Below are positions 62,292-64,000 of a stretch of 64,000 nucleotides of DNA, one piece after another. The notes beneath the pieces are model-generated. The model did no database searches. It was not told the origin of the DNA and saw nothing but the letters and a program-made list of their open reading frames with translations. The DNA is taken from contig DATJHW010000135.1 in assembly GCA_035493615.1 (NCBI GenBank), positions 8,361 to 72,360 of the forward strand, read 5' to 3'. The stretch is from Candidatus Saccharimonadales bacterium. GTDB taxonomy: Bacteria; Chloroflexota; Limnocylindria; P2-11E. The translations under genes were made by a program, and so were the position numbers. Numbering within the stretch: position 1 is the stretch's first letter; the number at the start of each line of letters is the position of its first letter.

Positions 62292-64000
62292 ATGAACACG
62301 GCCTTTCTGGGAGATGACGCGGCGCACGACGCGCAGATCGTGGGCGCGAAGGCCGCGACGCTGTCGCGGCTGGCCGGCCGGTACCGGGTCCCAGCGGGGT
62401 TCTGTCTGGACGCGAGCGTCTTCGACCGGCTTGGCGCGGCGCTGGACGGCGACTCCACCGCCGTCTCGGCCCTCCGCGCGCTCGTCGCGCAGGCCCACGC
62501 GGAGCTCGGGGCGCGCACCGGACGCGGCGACCCTGTGATCGCGGTCCGCTCGTCGGCGATCGGCGAGGACGGCACTGAGACCTCGTTCGCCGGCCAGCAC
62601 GAGACGGTGCTGGATGTGCGCGGGGTCGACGCGATCGTGGACGCGGTGCTCGCCTGCTGGCGCTCGGCATCATCGGACCGCGCGGTCGCGTATCGCCGAA
62701 CGCACGGCATCACCGACGCGCCGCGCGTCGGGGTGCTGGTGCAGGAGCAGGTGCCCGCCGACAGCGCCGCGATCGCCTTCTCCGTCGACCCGGTCAGCGG
62801 CGACCGCGAGACGCTCGTGATCGACGCGACGTTCGGCCTGGGCGAGGCCATCGCGTCGGGCAGCGTCACGCCGGACACGTACTCGGTGCGGAAGCGCGAC
62901 CTCGCGATCGTGAAGCGCACGATCGCCGGCGAGCGTGCCGCGCTCGACGACGGGCAGGTGCGCGAGGTCGCCCGGCTCGCGCAGGCGCTCGAGGCCGAGA
63001 GCGGCGCACCGGTCGACGTGGAGTGCGCGTTCGCGCAGGGCTCCCTCTACCTGCTCCAGGCCCGGCCGATCACGGCGCTGCCGGCGATGGTCGAGTTCAC
63101 GGTCGACTGGCCGGACCCCGCCGACGCGGCGCTCACCTGGACACGCGAGGACGTCCACATGGACGAATGCCGGCCGGTCCTCTCGTGCGAATTCACGTTC
63201 AACGCGCCGGCGTTCGGGCTCGACCGCGCGAACCTTGTGTTCGGTCCGCCGGCGCGGATCCGGTACATGAGCGCGCACGGCTACGTCTACCACGCGCGCG
63301 TGCCACAAGCGCCGCTCGTGGATCTGCCGGCGCTCGAGGCCGCCGCGCTCCGCCGCCGGCGCGACGCGGCGCGCCACCTCGGGAAGGACTGGTCCGACCG
63401 CTACCTGCCCGCGGTGCTCGCGCACTTCAAGTGGATGCGCGACGCGCCGATCGACGATCCGGCGAGCGCGATCACGGCCTGGGCCGCCTTCTGGCCGCGG
63501 ATCAACGACATCTGGCTCATCCACATGCTCGTCGTGCCGCCGGTCTATTCGCTGCTCGAGGAGCTCAGCACGCTCTACGCCCAGCTCACCGGGCGGCCGG
63601 CGACCGAGGCGCCCGCGCTCGCGCAGGGCCGGCAGGCCACGCTGCACGACCTGCAGCAGCGGCTGCACGATCTCGCGGACGCGATCCGCGCCACGCCGGC
63701 GGTCGCGCGCGCGATCGCGGATGTCCGGGACCTCGGTGCGCTCGCCACGCTCGAGGGCGGTGCGGCCATCCGCGACGCGATCGCCGGCTTCCTCGCCGTG
63801 CACGGCGACGTCGGGCAGACCGGATTCGACATTGAGAGCCCGTCCTGGTCCGACGAGCCCCGGCTGCTCCTGGTCGAGCTCGCCCGGCTCGCGCGTGACC
63901 CGGGGGAGAGCCCGGCGATCCGGCAGGCGCGCCTGGTGGCCGATGCCGAGCTGATCGAGCAGCGCACTCGCGACGAGCTCCGCGACCGGCCCGCCGATCT
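62292..64000 (+). CDS. PEP-utilising enzyme family protein, N-terminal pyruvate-phosphate-dikinase ATP-grasp (PPDK_N) domain. Partial: continues beyond window end.
   Basis: ATG 62292. Open to the window end (no stop, hence absent from the track). SSAIGEDGTETSFAGQHETVLDV and VDPVSGDRETLVIDATFGLGEAIASG motifs. Confidence 0.7.
   Translation, partial: MNTAFLGDDAAHDAQIVGAKAATLSRLAGRYRVPAGFCLDASVFDRLGAALDGDSTAVSALRALVAQAHAELGARTGRGDPVIAVRSSAIGEDGTETSFAGQHETVLDVRGVDAIVDAVLACWRSASSDRAVAYRRTHGITDAPRVGVLVQEQVPADSAAIAFSVDPVSGDRETLVIDATFGLGEAIASGSVTPDTYSVRKRDLAIVKRTIAGERAALDDGQVREVARLAQALEAESGAPVDVECAFAQGSLYLLQARPITALPAMVEFTVDWPDPADAALTWTREDVHMDECRPVLSCEFTFNAPAFGLDRANLVFGPPARIRYMSAHGYVYHARVPQAPLVDLPALEAAALRRRRDAARHLGKDWSDRYLPAVLAHFKWMRDAPIDDPASAITAWAAFWPRINDIWLIHMLVVPPVYSLLEELSTLYAQLTGRPATEAPALAQGRQATLHDLQQRLHDLADAIRATPAVARAIADVRDLGALATLEGGAAIRDAIAGFLAVHGDVGQTGFDIESPSWSDEPRLLLVELARLARDPGESPAIRQARLVADAELIEQRTRDELRDRPAD

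Noticed and set aside
62670-63803. 377-aa minus-strand ORF
   Set aside because: Antisense to the PPDK_N gene, which has strong conserved motifs and is open to the window edge.
1-64000. CRISPR arrays, IS elements, restriction-modification or other recognisable defence genes
   Set aside because: No repeat-spacer periodicity, transposase, integrase, methyltransferase or nuclease signatures were seen on either strand.

Overview
High-GC (~72%) bacterial chromosomal window with about 70 genes. No CRISPR array, IS element, integrase or phage gene was recognised. Every call is from reading the six-frame ORFs and the raw sequence. No database search was run, so family assignments rest on remembered signature motifs. 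A few start codons could not be reconciled exactly against the displayed sequence, so starts are approximate. The senX3/phoR-like kinase start is the least certain.

Features in order:
(1) ECF sigma factor with a partial anti-sigma gene at the left edge.
(2) ykoEDC-like thiamine-precursor ECF transporter (S, fused A1A2, T components) behind a clear TPP riboswitch.
(3) GNAT acetyltransferase.
(4) Lipoprotein cytochrome c lying divergent to a complete System I cytochrome c maturation operon, ccmABCDEFGH plus a CcmI-like TPR protein.
(5) VOC/glyoxalase.
(6) A roughly 10.4 kb co-directional signalling cluster on the minus strand. It holds a PstS-like binding protein, a sensor kinase, a REC-REC hybrid kinase, a TLC/HEAT transporter, a VTC/CYTH-like protein, a REC-HD-GYP protein, a LuxR regulator, a lone REC and a lone HD-GYP.
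(7) tRNA-His.
(8) FecR-domain secreted protein.
(9) yvcK-argF and a translationally coupled unknown Cys-rich gene.
(10) Degenerate DUF4118 histidine-kinase-like protein.
(11) Large secreted Gly-rich protein of unknown function.
(12) ABC-2 exporter pair.
(13) Full phosphate module: DUF47, PiT, senX3/phoR-like kinase, regX3/phoP-like regulator, pstSCAB and phoU.
(14) HAD hydrolase, TPR-adenylate cyclase and Fe-ADH.
(15) alpha/beta hydrolase, DHA2 MFS and MarR.
(16) LarA-like protein.
(17) Duplicated lmo0937-type small membrane protein.
(18) ATP-dependent DNA ligase.
(19) PAS kinase, OmpR regulator and a convergent GAF-GGDEF protein with a GspE_N/MshEN-like tail.
(20) Cupredoxin lipoprotein.
(21) SOS mutagenesis cassette imuA-imuB-(small ORF)-dnaE2 with a GAAC-N4-GTTC LexA box.
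(22) BNR/Asp-box protein interrupted by an in-frame TGA, downstream of a MoaD-like gene.
(23) Partial PEP-utilising (PPDK N-domain) gene at the right edge.

Most notable for follow-up: the VTC + TLC/HEAT pair inside the two-component/c-di-GMP cluster, the split imuB with a small ORF coupled to dnaE2, the Cys-rich gene coupled to argF, and the TGA-interrupted BNR gene with a hairpin immediately after the stop.
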